Positions 10,113 to 19,934 are shown, counted from the first letter of the stretch. The stretch: 64,000 nt of DNA from Minisyncoccia bacterium (GCA_041750655.1 JBGSYZ010000011.1:65794-129793), one strand, 5' to 3'. Translations and numbers: made by a program. The notes: generated by a model from the sequence alone, not told the origin.

Positions 10113-10169
10113 CCGCCCCGAGTTCTGCTTGGGGCGGCTTTTCTTTTCCGGGGAAAAGAAAAGCCGCCC
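10113..10169. terminator. compound palindromic terminator: hairpin CCGCCCC-N11-GGGGCGG overlapping the perfect palindrome GGCGGCTTTTCTTTTCCGGGGAAAAGAAAAGCCGCC
   Basis: Read directly. The second element is a perfect 36-nt palindrome with A/T-rich tracts on both sides, so it could act as a bidirectional terminator. Confidence 0.55.
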
Positions 10170-10201
10170 TTTCTTACTCTCACGGTACAATATATTCAAC
10201 T

Positions 10202-11401
10202 ATGGGTATGTTTCGCAAACATAATATTGGCCACACCGGGCACACCTCTCTAAAGTTTTGGAGCATATTTCCTCTATCACTTTTGTTTGTATTTCACGGT
10301 CTGATGGTGGCCTACATTAACTCTACCTACATGGAGCGCTATCTCTCACCTGAAGGCGTCGGCGCTCTCTATACCATTGGTTCTGCTTTAGCGGTACTAG
10401 CGTTTCTTTTTTTCTCGCACGCATTACGAGCTATAGGAAACGTGAAGCTGTCTCTTACCTTGGCCATTATTGATATTGCATCACTCGTTACTATGGGTGC
10501 GGCTGAGAGTAGTGCGACTGCAATTGTGGCCTTTGTTATTTTTTTAACAGTTAATCCTCTTCTCTATTTAAATATTGACATATTCTCTGAAGCTATCATT
10601 GGCACCGACGAATCTGGAACTGGCAGTAAAAGAGGTCTGACATTAGCTTTAATGAGTATATCTGCTACTTTAGCGCCGCTGGCTATGGGACTAATAGTAG
10701 ACGGTACTGATAACCTCGAATCGGTATACTACTATGCCGCTGGGATATTTGTCTTTTTTATTTTCTTCTTGCTGTGGCGCTTTAAGGAATTTAATGATCC
10801 GGACTACAATCATTTTCATATGCGGAAATCTATCCATTGTATGTGGTTATACAAAGATATTCGAAATGTGATGTTTTCACATTTACTTTTGCAGATGTTC
10901 TTTGCGTGGGCCATTATTTACATACCACTGTATATGGCAACAGTGGTCGGCTTTGGTTGGGATGAAATTGGCTACATCACCGCCGTGGGTCTTTTTGCAT
11001 ATGTGGTATTTGAGTGGCCAATTGGCTTTATTGCCGACACATGGACCGGCGAAAAAGAAATTATGGCTGCCGGCTTTTTGGTTTTAGCGGTATCAAGTTC
11101 ATGGCTCGCGTTTATGAGTGAAGCCAATGTGGTGGCCTGGATGATTTTAATATTTATCACAAGAGTCGGAGCCTCAATGGTAGAAGCCACCACGGAAAGT
11201 TATTTCTTTAAACATACAAACGGCTCTGATGCTAACACTATTGGTTTCTTTCGACTCTTGCGGCCACTATCTAATGTGTTCGGTGCTCTACTTGGTAGTG
11301 CCGCTCTATTGTACTTACCATTTAATCTTACCTTTATTGTCTTGGGTTGTATGATGCTACCCGGTCTCTACTTTAGTGCTGCGCTTAACGATACAAAATA
11401 A
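10202..11401 (+). CDS. MFS-type transporter (putative)
   Basis: 399 aa with about 12 predicted hydrophobic helices and an MFS-like layout. The substrate is unknown. Confidence 0.5.
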   Translation: MGMFRKHNIGHTGHTSLKFWSIFPLSLLFVFHGLMVAYINSTYMERYLSPEGVGALYTIGSALAVLAFLFFSHALRAIGNVKLSLTLAIIDIASLVTMGAAESSATAIVAFVIFLTVNPLLYLNIDIFSEAIIGTDESGTGSKRGLTLALMSISATLAPLAMGLIVDGTDNLESVYYYAAGIFVFFIFFLLWRFKEFNDPDYNHFHMRKSIHCMWLYKDIRNVMFSHLLLQMFFAWAIIYIPLYMATVVGFGWDEIGYITAVGLFAYVVFEWPIGFIADTWTGEKEIMAAGFLVLAVSSSWLAFMSEANVVAWMILIFITRVGASMVEATTESYFFKHTNGSDANTIGFFRLLRPLSNVFGALLGSAALLYLPFNLTFIVLGCMMLPGLYFSAALNDTK

Positions 11402-11430
11402 AACAGTCAGCCTGTAGGCTGACCATTTTC
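11402..11430. terminator. bidirectional intrinsic terminator (CAGTCAGCC-TGTA-GGCTGAC + T-run)
   Basis: The hairpin lies between the convergent MFS and glycosylase genes. Confidence 0.55.
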
Positions 11431-11588
11431 ATTGATGCGTGATTTTCAGTCACAGATTTTACTTTTGGTGGTATTTTCACATGTTGTGAACCCGGCTTAT
11501 CAATAAAGAAATGTTGTCCCTCACCGTACGAATTCATTTGTTTGGTCACTTTAGAATAGCCTCGAGTGTAAGCATTGCGTTCTCCTGT

Positions 11589-12401
11589 CTAATTTCCAAG
11601 TATATAATGTTGTCCCTTTTTGGCGATTAATTTTTCACTAATTAAATTATCTAGTTGGTGTCGAATACGCGCCGCAGTGAAACCCAAAGCAAAAAAGTCT
11701 TGTCTTGAGGCATGTGATTTTTTAGATAGAAATCTAACAATCGCGCCTCGTATCTCTCTGTCACTTCCCTTAAATGGTGATTGTTGTGCATGGTGTGAAG
11801 CCCGCCGACTCGGATTGGGATAGGCTTTCTTTAGGTACACTCCATAATCCATCAAAGCCGCATACCACTGGCGAGGATTTGAGTGATCAAGCGTCTTCGT
11901 TACTATTTTCATTAATTCTTTCTCACTCACGTCACAGGTGTTTGGAAAAAAGTGGTGTAGGTAGACACTGCGTATATTAGTTTCAATAATTGGTACGGGT
12001 GTATTGTACGCAAATGCCATCACCGCGCCAGCCGTATACGGGCCGACACCTGGTAAAGCTAGTAATTCTGTATAAGTGAGAGGCCATACACCATTATGTT
12101 CTCTGACAACCACTTTGGCACACTCATGAAGCATTTTTGCCCGACGGTTGTACCCGAGCCCCTGCCACTGTGTCAGGACTGCCGAGAGAGGCGCTGCTGC
12201 AAGCTGTCGTGTCTCAGACCATTTCTGTACAAAAGCCTCAAATTTAGGGATAACTCGCTCCACTTGTGTTTGTTGGAGCATTATTTCTGACACTGTAATC
12301 AAATATGGGTCTCTGGTCTCACGCCATGGCAAATGCTTCCGCCCATGTTTTGTATAGTAATCTAAAACAGTCGCCCTAAAGTTTTGTTCTTTTATGCTCA
12401 T
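11589..12401 (-). CDS. HhH-GPD superfamily DNA glycosylase, MutY/Nth-like (A/G-specific adenine glycosylase-like, no NUDIX-type C-terminal domain)
   Basis: HhH-GPD motifs (LPGVGPYTAGAVMAFAY, WQGLGYNRRAK). At 270 aa it covers only the catalytic domain. I cannot see a four-Cys Fe-S cluster loop by eye. Confidence 0.65.
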   Translation of the reverse strand: MSIKEQNFRATVLDYYTKHGRKHLPWRETRDPYLITVSEIMLQQTQVERVIPKFEAFVQKWSETRQLAAAPLSAVLTQWQGLGYNRRAKMLHECAKVVVREHNGVWPLTYTELLALPGVGPYTAGAVMAFAYNTPVPIIETNIRSVYLHHFFPNTCDVSEKELMKIVTKTLDHSNPRQWYAALMDYGVYLKKAYPNPSRRASHHAQQSPFKGSDREIRGAIVRFLSKKSHASRQDFFALGFTAARIRHQLDNLISEKLIAKKGQHYILGN

Positions 12402-12408
12402 ACACTCC

Positions 12409-12597
12409 CTACCACCGCTTAGGAATTACCAAAGCAGCGATTAGATACATTAAAGCCATTGGGAAAATGCCGGTTACAATAGTAATAAAAATACCGATCA
12501 GTCGTACTAGCACTGGATCAATTTCATAATATTCTGCCACTCCGCCTGCTACGCCCGACAGCACTTTATTCTCGTCGCTTTTATACAGCTTCTTCAT
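12409..12597 (-). CDS. PspC-domain membrane protein
   Basis: MKKLYKSDENKVLSGVAGGVAEYYEIDPVLVRLIGI... is a PspC domain. I chose the internal start because the longer ORF overlaps the upstream XRE gene. Confidence 0.55.
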   Translation of the reverse strand: MKKLYKSDENKVLSGVAGGVAEYYEIDPVLVRLIGIFITIVTGIFPMALMYLIAALVIPKRW

Positions 12598-12662
12598 AAT
12601 ATTAGTATACAAAATTGTAGCCCGACCGAACAGATGTTCGATCGGGCTACACATGACCCCTT

Positions 12663-13022
12663 CTACTTTGGTGCCGCTCTTAATACTGCCCACACAGCAG
12701 CTTGAGTTGCTGTTGGGGCAATTTCGAAGGCGATGGCAACTTTAGCAGCATCACGGCCAACAATCGGTATTGCTGCTATGTCGCCAGGTGACGTGCTGAG
12801 GTCTTCATAAAAGATCGAAATTTTGACCTTGAAAGCCCTGGCAATATCCCAGAGCCGAGAAGCTGAGACTCGATTAACACCCGTCTCATATTTTTGAATC
12901 TGCTGGAACTTGACGCCAACAATGGCGGCCAATTCTTGTTGGGTCAGTCCCCGAAAGTGGCGGAGCTGACGAATCTTTTTTCCTACGTGTACGTCCACTG
13001 GATGTTTGACACTTTTCGGCAT
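12663..13022 (-). CDS. XRE-family helix-turn-helix transcriptional regulator
   Basis: LRHFRGLTQQELAAIVGVKFQQIQKYETGVNRVSASRLWDIARAF is the HTH_XRE (Cro/C1) signature. Confidence 0.7.
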   Translation of the reverse strand: MPKSVKHPVDVHVGKKIRQLRHFRGLTQQELAAIVGVKFQQIQKYETGVNRVSASRLWDIARAFKVKISIFYEDLSTSPGDIAAIPIVGRDAAKVAIAFEIAPTATQAAVWAVLRAAPK

Positions 13023-13089
13023 TATTGTAGTCTCCTTTCAGATACTTTCCAACTAGGGCTACAATACAACAAAACTCTTAAATAACAAC

Positions 13090-13776
13090 CTATAACTCAT
13101 AAATCACATCCTTTCGCTCAACGACTGTCTTCCATTCCATTTGTTTTGCGTACTCATACAATCGCCGATTGGGGTTAAAACAAATTGGAGTATCAACCAT
13201 CTCAAGCAACGGAATATCACCCTCAGTATCTCCCACTCCAATTGACCCTTCTTTGGTTACATTTTCTACATCAAACACTCGCTTCACAATGTTAGCTTTG
13301 TTCTGAATGTAATGCTCATCGGTTACTTTTCCTGTAAAACTATCGTTGGGGCCAATTTCATAAAATCGTCCGTACACTTTATCAAAGCCATAACCTTCAC
13401 AAAATTCATCAAGAATAGTCTTGGGTGACTGCGAAATAGCTACCACATAATAGTCTTTAGCTTTTAATTCTTGTATCAAATCTCTAGTATAGCGATAGAC
13501 CTGTTTACCGTGTTCAGCTACAATCATACGCCCAACATCCGCTAAGTCCCCATAGAAAACTCCTTTAATATTTTTAATGAAGCTTTTAATAACGGCCTCA
13601 ATGTAGTCTTCATAACTACCCTCCCGGTTTTGCCAGGCTTCAAACTCTCTTCGATACGATTGTGTAGCTCGGGCTGGAAAAATATTTTCGTCAACCAGTG
13701 TTTCAACCAATTCAATCAATAAACTCGAGCGAAATACCGTTCCGTCTATATCAAAAAAGGCTGCGGGTCGTTTCAT
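13090..13776 (-). CDS. HAD-superfamily hydrolase (subfamily IB-like phosphatase)
   Basis: DxDGT motif FFDIDGTVF near the N-terminus. VGDTEGDIPLLE near the C-terminus is HAD motif III/IV. Confidence 0.7.
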   Translation of the reverse strand: MKRPAAFFDIDGTVFRSSLLIELVETLVDENIFPARATQSYRREFEAWQNREGSYEDYIEAVIKSFIKNIKGVFYGDLADVGRMIVAEHGKQVYRYTRDLIQELKAKDYYVVAISQSPKTILDEFCEGYGFDKVYGRFYEIGPNDSFTGKVTDEHYIQNKANIVKRVFDVENVTKEGSIGVGDTEGDIPLLEMVDTPICFNPNRRLYEYAKQMEWKTVVERKDVIYEL

Positions 13777-13803
13777 ATCTGTTATTGTAGCAGGTTAAAA
13801 CAC

Positions 13804-14724
13804 CTAAGAAAATTGGATAAATATTGGCTTTAATTCTTGCCAGACTTCTTTACTCAACATACGCTCGTTGTAATACCCTGGCTCTGGAACACCGATTTCC
13901 GACAAACTAATTGATTCATCGGGAAACACTGCTTCAACATAAGCTACGTATCCTTCCTCCTCTGAGATATACTCCATAACCGAACCAGTTTTAGGACGAA
14001 CAGAGAGATGTGCCCCTGACACTCCCTTGAATATTTTTTGCCATAACCCAGCAGTACGTGGGCGATCGTCAACTTTTGGTAACACAATACCTCGTGTAAA
14101 CAATTTATAATAAATATATTCTTCAGGGTGGAGCGGTAATCCAGCCTCTTCGCCAAAAAAAACATCATTAATCATCAAACGTAAACGTTTGGTATTCTCT
14201 GAATCAGGACCACAATACTCTTTTATTACAAAATAAGGTCTAGTCTGGGACACACGAGTGGTTATATTGTCACGCAAGAGCCAACCAGGTATGTTGTGGT
14301 ATGTGATATTCGCCCACAAACCCTCTTCACGTACAATTGTGACCAACGCCCCATATGGTAAAACCTTTATAACCGAATCAAATTCTTTCGTGTTTCTAAT
14401 GTAAAGCGGTGCATCGTTTTTAATTACAGCCGCTTCGTTTGGTTCCAAATTCTTCTCTACAGTCAGGGCCAAAGGAATGTTTTTTTTATCAACAATTGGA
14501 GCGACTCGATTTTCTACCACGCTCTTTAACGTTTTAAACTCCGATTCATCTAAGTCCTCATTGCTATCTTCGACTAAAATCAAAGAATTTTTGGGTTTAT
14601 CAATAATTTTACTGATTGGCGGTGCGATCAAGGCTGAAGTACTGGATTTTTGCATGAGTACACGAGCAAAAAAACGATACCAAAATCGATATAACCCAGT
14701 AGCTGCCATCCAGAAATAGTCCAT
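13804..14724 (-). CDS. hypothetical protein (306 aa)
   Basis: Clean ORF. It has a possible SH3-like segment and a Cys/His-containing C-terminal half. No confident family. Confidence 0.35.
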   Translation of the reverse strand: MDYFWMAATGLYRFWYRFFARVLMQKSSTSALIAPPISKIIDKPKNSLILVEDSNEDLDESEFKTLKSVVENRVAPIVDKKNIPLALTVEKNLEPNEAAVIKNDAPLYIRNTKEFDSVIKVLPYGALVTIVREEGLWANITYHNIPGWLLRDNITTRVSQTRPYFVIKEYCGPDSENTKRLRLMINDVFFGEEAGLPLHPEEYIYYKLFTRGIVLPKVDDRPRTAGLWQKIFKGVSGAHLSVRPKTGSVMEYISEEEGYVAYVEAVFPDESISLSEIGVPEPGYYNERMLSKEVWQELKPIFIQFS

Positions 14725-14799
14725 AATGCATGAACTATATCACCAGAATAGTCTTAAAACTATTGACGACAACAATAGTTTTGTTTGCTATAAAAACCC

Positions 14800-15909
14800 T
14801 TATGAACGAATTGTTAGAAAAATACTTCTGAGTAACGCTCCAAAGACAATGAAGAAAAGTAACACGAGGGCGACAAAACCGATGACAGGAACCAACAGCA
14901 TCGCTTGCAACACGACTGCCCCCAGTATGGTATAGACTACACTTAAATTAGTACTTTTGTTCATGTATGTACTGAGAAGAGTACCAATATAAATACTGGA
15001 AAGAGCACAAGAAACCAGCACGAGCAAAAGAAAAGCGAAGAGAGTGATTAAGCCAACCATAAACCCTAGCATGCTCGCTAGTGACACCACAATCAACATT
15101 GGGGTAATAATCATACCGGCCATACCAATCAAACCTGCCATACCAATATTTTGAGTCATGACCGGTAAAGCTCTTTGTAACTGTGAACGGAATAAAAGCT
15201 GTAATACTAAAGCACTAAACAACACAATTATAAATGAAATTATGTAGCCTTCGTATGACACTGGGGTCTCAACAGTAACGGTATTTTTTACAATCTCACC
15301 TACCACGACCGCGTTTTGGCTTCGCACAACTTCAGTGGCCGATAGATACCTGACATCACCTAATACCTCTGCCCTGTCACCAAGTGTCAATGAGCCCGTC
15401 TTCATGTCAATTGATTGTCCAACATGAGAATCAATTCTCACACTGTCGGCTGTACCCATAACCGACCCTTCGACATCACCAAGCACTTGCAATTCACCAC
15501 CAAAAAATAGGACATCGCCTTTAATGTCAGCGGTCGAAAGAATCTTAAGCAGCCCACCAAACACCACTACATCACCGCCAACATTGCCGGCAATAACGAC
15601 TTCACCACCAGCGACACGGACATCATCGGTGACTGAAGCATGTACTTGAGCTGAACCCGCTACTACAGTAAGATCACCTTCAATTATTCCATTATTGGTA
15701 AAACTACCAGCCACTGTATACAAATCACCTTGAATCAAGCCGGAGTGAGAAACAGTACCACCAGACGCATAAAAATCACCAGCCACTATCTGATCATCCG
15801 CTACACTCACTGTCTCTCCTGTTCGGAGTATTGTAGACGCTGAGACAGAGAATGGTATCAATACTGCAACAAAAGCTATTATTGTAATTTTTTGGGCCAA
15901 TGTATTCAT
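14800..15909 (-). CDS. membrane protein with bactofilin-like (polymer-forming, beta-helical) repeat region and C-terminal multi-TM domain
   Basis: Signal/TM at the N-terminus. About 160 aa of short G-D/N-V-x-x-x-G repeats (GDLTVVAGSAQV..., GGEVVIAGNVGGDVVVFGG...) resemble the bactofilin/DUF583 beta-helix. About four TM helices follow at the C-terminus. Confidence 0.45.
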   Translation of the reverse strand: MNTLAQKITIIAFVAVLIPFSVSASTILRTGETVSVADDQIVAGDFYASGGTVSHSGLIQGDLYTVAGSFTNNGIIEGDLTVVAGSAQVHASVTDDVRVAGGEVVIAGNVGGDVVVFGGLLKILSTADIKGDVLFFGGELQVLGDVEGSVMGTADSVRIDSHVGQSIDMKTGSLTLGDRAEVLGDVRYLSATEVVRSQNAVVVGEIVKNTVTVETPVSYEGYIISFIIVLFSALVLQLLFRSQLQRALPVMTQNIGMAGLIGMAGMIITPMLIVVSLASMLGFMVGLITLFAFLLLVLVSCALSSIYIGTLLSTYMNKSTNLSVVYTILGAVVLQAMLLVPVIGFVALVLLFFIVFGALLRSIFLTIRS

Positions 15910-15963
15910 AACGTAGATTTATGGTTTAGTATACAGAATTTCGACCAAAAAACCATTGCCGGA

Positions 15964-16434
15964 TTAATTTTTAAGACAACCCACTAATGAACTAGCTTCT
16001 GTAAAACTAGGTGCTGAACCGGTTATAATTTCGTCTAGTCGAGCCGCGCCCAACTTAGTTTCCGCACAGACTTTCATCTCAGCAGTGATAGTAATATTCT
16101 CGCCAAAACCAAACGTGGTTAAAATTGATTGTTGAGCCTCGGGTAGACTCGATTTTTTGATTATTATTGGAGCGATTTCTTGTATATACTCTCCTACTGA
16201 AGTAGAGCCCTCTTTCATAGTCTCTACATTTGCTCCATTTTTGTCTAGTGTTTCTTTGGTTTCATTTAAAAAATCTGAACCCGTATCTTGAGTCTTTTGA
16301 TATGCTGAATCAAGACGGTTTTGAGCATCTTGTATAGGAGCCAAGACTAAAAAATACCAGACAATCACCGCCGTCAGTAAAGCCACTATTAACAAAGAAA
16401 GTGTCAATAATATATACTTTTTAAGTTTACTCAT
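15964..16434 (-). CDS. hypothetical membrane-anchored protein (156 aa)
   Basis: N-terminal TM helix. I recognise no family. Confidence 0.35.
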   Translation of the reverse strand: MSKLKKYILLTLSLLIVALLTAVIVWYFLVLAPIQDAQNRLDSAYQKTQDTGSDFLNETKETLDKNGANVETMKEGSTSVGEYIQEIAPIIIKKSSLPEAQQSILTTFGFGENITITAEMKVCAETKLGAARLDEIITGSAPSFTEASSLVGCLKN

Positions 16435-16630
16435 ACTGATTGTGCATACTCAACCGGTGACTGCAAAAAAGTGATAATCAAAAGTCCGAGCAAAATAAAC
16501 CCAATAGCAGCTAAAAATAACACCAACCGGTCTCGAGAAACCTCATATGTTCCTTCGTGCCAATTACGCACAAATAGGAAAGGAAAAATAAATCGTAAAA
16601 AACGCATCATGTACCTATAGTACCTGACAA

Positions 16631-17641
16631 TTACTTTTCCCTAAAGAGGGTTTTTCCCTTGTCCCACATTTCGTTGTGACCTTGTAAGTGCAGCCAGTAC
16701 CACCATTCCGCGCCCCAAAGATATTGCTTCTCAAAACGAGTGTCTTTGGCATACGTAAGAATATCTTCAAACTTTGCCAAGTCCATCCGTGAGTACTGAG
16801 TTTCTATATCTACTTCAGTTACTGGTTGTAAGAGCCATGGTTCAGCCGAAAGTTCAATCAACATGGTTTCCTTTTTGCCAAACAAAAGAGCCATCGTATT
16901 GGCTTTCACCCGATAAAACCATGGTGGTAAAATTGACCGGAATTGTCCTAGTTCAGGGTTCCAAAAATGCACGTATACACTCGTCCCAAACGCATCACCC
17001 GCCCGGTATGGACCAATCCAAGTACCGAGATTGCCACTATCGGTCACTAAAAGTGGGCGCGAACTATCTAGTGCTCGCATAAATTCCACTTCAGCTTTAA
17101 AAAATTTTTTATCAAACTCGCCACAATGTTCTTTAGCAAAAACTTCTAGATATGGTTCGTTTTCTACCTGCCAATATTTTATGGCTGGATTATCTTTATA
17201 CCGCTCTACCACCGCTTGCATGTACGTGAGAATTTCTTGCTGTTGTTCGTTCCATGTCATTTCTTGTGCCCACGCAGGAACATGACACTCTGGCCATCGA
17301 GGCAATCTCCGACCAACAGCTAAAATAACATCGGCGCCGGCCGCCTCAGCTTTAGCTAATTGGTAGTCCATCTCTACCCAATTGTATTCATCCTTTTTAG
17401 GTTCAATCATCGGCCAATGGGCAGCCAAACGTAAGTGTCGCACCTGAAGTTCGTCGATAATAGCGTCGTAGGTCTCCAGCCAATCAAGACCAAGTTCATT
17501 GGCATACATAGTATTGAAAGACATACCATATTGGATTCTCTCTGGCTTTTTCTTGAGAGACAGGACAAAAACTATCACCAACAGAATAATGACCAAGATG
17601 ACCAATTTTTTCAAACAGCTTTTAAGGCTACACATCAACAA
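16631..17641 (-). CDS. glycoside hydrolase, clan GH-A TIM-barrel (GH5/GH113 mannanase-like), membrane-anchored
   Basis: N-terminal TM anchor. WQVENEPY contains the clan GH-A catalytic NEP motif. HWPMIEP...EYNW resembles the start of a cellulase/mannanase-type barrel. Confidence 0.5.
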   Translation of the reverse strand: MLMCSLKSCLKKLVILVIILLVIVFVLSLKKKPERIQYGMSFNTMYANELGLDWLETYDAIIDELQVRHLRLAAHWPMIEPKKDEYNWVEMDYQLAKAEAAGADVILAVGRRLPRWPECHVPAWAQEMTWNEQQQEILTYMQAVVERYKDNPAIKYWQVENEPYLEVFAKEHCGEFDKKFFKAEVEFMRALDSSRPLLVTDSGNLGTWIGPYRAGDAFGTSVYVHFWNPELGQFRSILPPWFYRVKANTMALLFGKKETMLIELSAEPWLLQPVTEVDIETQYSRMDLAKFEDILTYAKDTRFEKQYLWGAEWWYWLHLQGHNEMWDKGKTLFREK

Positions 17642-18566
17642 ATAATATCACAAAGCCGATCGCGATTACGGCTACGTATAAAGCTTTACGGAAGATTGTC
17701 TTAGCATCTTCATCATTTTCTCCAGCTGTAATTGGCGTGAACTTACCAACGATTACACCGAGAAAGAGAATAAATACAAATTTCAAACCATCAGTAGCCT
17801 GTACCACTGATACTTCTCCTAAGTCAGTAGCTTTTAAGAGCAAGAAAGCGGCCACTCCAGCCAGAACCTTAGTGTGTAAAACCAAAACTCCTGCCCTTCT
17901 AGTAGTGTTTTTGGTTTGTTCTTTAATTTTTTCAAAATAAACCGGCACTAAAAGTAAAGTAAGCGCAAAAACTACAAAACTTACTCGAGTCCAAAAAAAG
18001 CCATCGTCAAAATTAGTCTCTAAAAACAAACCTTTCATGGTTATATAATGGAGAGCAAAGAAAATACCACTATGTAAGGTATTTAAAAACACTTTTACTT
18101 TAAACCGACCAGTTGATACTAGTAATGTTCCAGTAGACAGAAGGGCTACTCCCCAAATGAAATTCTGTGTCAAATTACCGCCCAAAAACAAATAGGTCAT
18201 TCCAAATGACGAAACGGCTGATACAGCGCCCACCACCGGCATAACATCGGATGCATCAGCATGTTTAAGGGCGTCGTACATGGACACCAACGCAAAGAAG
18301 AAGGTATAGGCCGCCAAGAGCGACATCCCTACTACCTGAATGGTGGGAGATTTAACGTTATCAAAATTTGGTAAACCAAGTTCGCCCAAACCGGGTATGA
18401 GACTGATAAAATACACCACCACCCAACCACCGGTTACTAAACACGAATAAAAAGCATAGACAAAAGGTCGCGGCAACACCCGTTCGTCTGACACAATGAA
18501 TTTATCTAAAATCGCAACAACCGCGTTAAAAAATTGCGCTGTGGCCGCGAGGAATAACCAGGTCAT
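17628..18566 (-). CDS. polytopic membrane protein (about 9-10 TM)
   Basis: 312 aa and highly hydrophobic. It sits between two glycoside hydrolase genes, so a sugar transporter or DMT-like protein is possible. Confidence 0.4.
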   Translation of the reverse strand: MTWLFLAATAQFFNAVVAILDKFIVSDERVLPRPFVYAFYSCLVTGGWVVVYFISLIPGLGELGLPNFDNVKSPTIQVVGMSLLAAYTFFFALVSMYDALKHADASDVMPVVGAVSAVSSFGMTYLFLGGNLTQNFIWGVALLSTGTLLVSTGRFKVKVFLNTLHSGIFFALHYITMKGLFLETNFDDGFFWTRVSFVVFALTLLLVPVYFEKIKEQTKNTTRRAGVLVLHTKVLAGVAAFLLLKATDLGEVSVVQATDGLKFVFILFLGVIVGKFTPITAGENDEDAKTIFRKALYVAVIAIGFVILFVDV

Positions 18567-18570
18567 ATAG

Positions 18571-19779
18571 TTATTCTACCTTGCTGTACTTCTCAATAAG
18601 CTCTTTATACACCCACGCGCTGGGGCGAATTTTACGCTCCAAAGTTTCGTAATCTATTTCTATCAACCCAAATTTTTTCTCAAACCCGAGTGCCCACTCG
18701 TAGTTATCCATCAAGGACCAGTACATGTGACCATGGACATCTATTCCTTCTTTGAGAGCTCGTTCAACACCCTCAACTTGTTTCGTAATGTACTCAGCGC
18801 GATCAGAGTCGTCATCATCAGCAATACCGGCTTCGGAAACATATAGAGGTTTATTATAGCGCGACATAAGAGCCAAGGCTTCATATATTCGTTCAGGAGT
18901 ATAATTCCAACCCATATCTGTTTTTCTATTCGTTAACTCTATACCATATTGTGAAGCTTGATAAAAATTTACACCGATTTCATCAGTATATCTATATACT
19001 CGACGTGTAAACCTATGATTTTGAAAGAAATTACTAAGTACTGCATGAAACTTATTTACAAAACCTTTTGGAATTAAATAAACATGTATATGTTTAACAA
19101 AACCAACTTTTGCATTCGGCTGGATATTTTTGATTCTTTTATAAGCAAGAATATGTGCTCTAGAAAGGTTCTTAACCACTTTAAAATAATTTAATAAAGT
19201 TAATGCCTTGGAACGTTTTTTTATAACTTTGCCAGTATAACTTCTTTGCCACGGTTTTTTACTAACTTTAAAAGGTGGCCACTCTCCATTGATCCAACCT
19301 TGTGTAGCAAAAACATTCGGTTCATTCATGGTAGAAAAATGGTCGCACAAATCCCCAAGTTCCGACGCGACAAAAACTGCATACCGAGCAAAAATTTCTG
19401 GTGAATCCTTTCTTTCGAATCCACCCGACTCCGAGAACCATAATGGCTGGGTAAAGTGCCAAATAGTTACGAAAGGTTTAAGGTTGCGCGCCTGAAGGGT
19501 GCGCAATACCTCCCGATAGTGTTCAATTGCCTCTTTATTAAACGTACCCTCTTCTGGTTCGATTCTAGCCCATTCTACGGAGAAACGATGAGCAGTATGA
19601 CCAAGTTCTTTAGCAAGATCAAAATCAGCCTCGAAGCGATGGTAGTGGTCACAAGCCCGGCCACAGGGCGGCACTCGTCCTTCGCGCGCGGCCTTCGCCC
19701 AATCACAATTTTCTATCCCACCTTCTACCTGATATGAAGCCGTGGCTGCGCCCCAGTAAAAATTCTTCGGAAATTTCAT
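18571..19779 (-). CDS. glycoside hydrolase family 1 (beta-glucosidase/beta-galactosidase-like)
   Basis: FYWGAATASYQVEGG is the GH1 N-terminal signature. The acid/base NEP lies in STMNEPNVF. The nucleophile region is YVSEAG. Confidence 0.8.
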   Translation of the reverse strand: MKFPKNFYWGAATASYQVEGGIENCDWAKAAREGRVPPCGRACDHYHRFEADFDLAKELGHTAHRFSVEWARIEPEEGTFNKEAIEHYREVLRTLQARNLKPFVTIWHFTQPLWFSESGGFERKDSPEIFARYAVFVASELGDLCDHFSTMNEPNVFATQGWINGEWPPFKVSKKPWQRSYTGKVIKKRSKALTLLNYFKVVKNLSRAHILAYKRIKNIQPNAKVGFVKHIHVYLIPKGFVNKFHAVLSNFFQNHRFTRRVYRYTDEIGVNFYQASQYGIELTNRKTDMGWNYTPERIYEALALMSRYNKPLYVSEAGIADDDDSDRAEYITKQVEGVERALKEGIDVHGHMYWSLMDNYEWALGFEKKFGLIEIDYETLERKIRPSAWVYKELIEKYSKVE

Positions 19780-19916
19780 ATGCTATATCGCTGCACCTTA
19801 CAGGTGCTGTACACCTTGTCTATATTTTGTTTACTTGCGTCACAAAATATTAGGCAAGGTCTTGCGAAAGCGTCCCACGCTTTCTCACCCCAATAAAAAT
19901 CTTTCGGAAATTTCAT
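19776..19916 (-). pseudogene. 46-codon upstream ORF that duplicates the first 10 codons of the downstream GH1 gene (MKFPKDFYWG... vs MKFPKNFYWGA); its stop overlaps the GH1 start (ATGA)
   Basis: Nucleotide repeat CCCCA(G/A)TAAAAAT(T/C)TT(T/C)GGAAATTTCAT at 19749-19779 and 19889-19916. I translated the second copy by hand: MKFPKDFYWGEKAWDAFARPCLIFCDASKQNIDKVYSTCKVQRYSI*. Confidence 0.45.
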
Positions 19917-19934
19917 GTTGGTTAGTATAGCAAA

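Noticed and set aside
12409-12693. Full 94-aa form of the PspC-domain ORF.
   Set aside because: Its first 32 codons overlap the 3' end of the XRE regulator gene on the same strand. The internal MKKLY start gives a typical stand-alone PspC domain.
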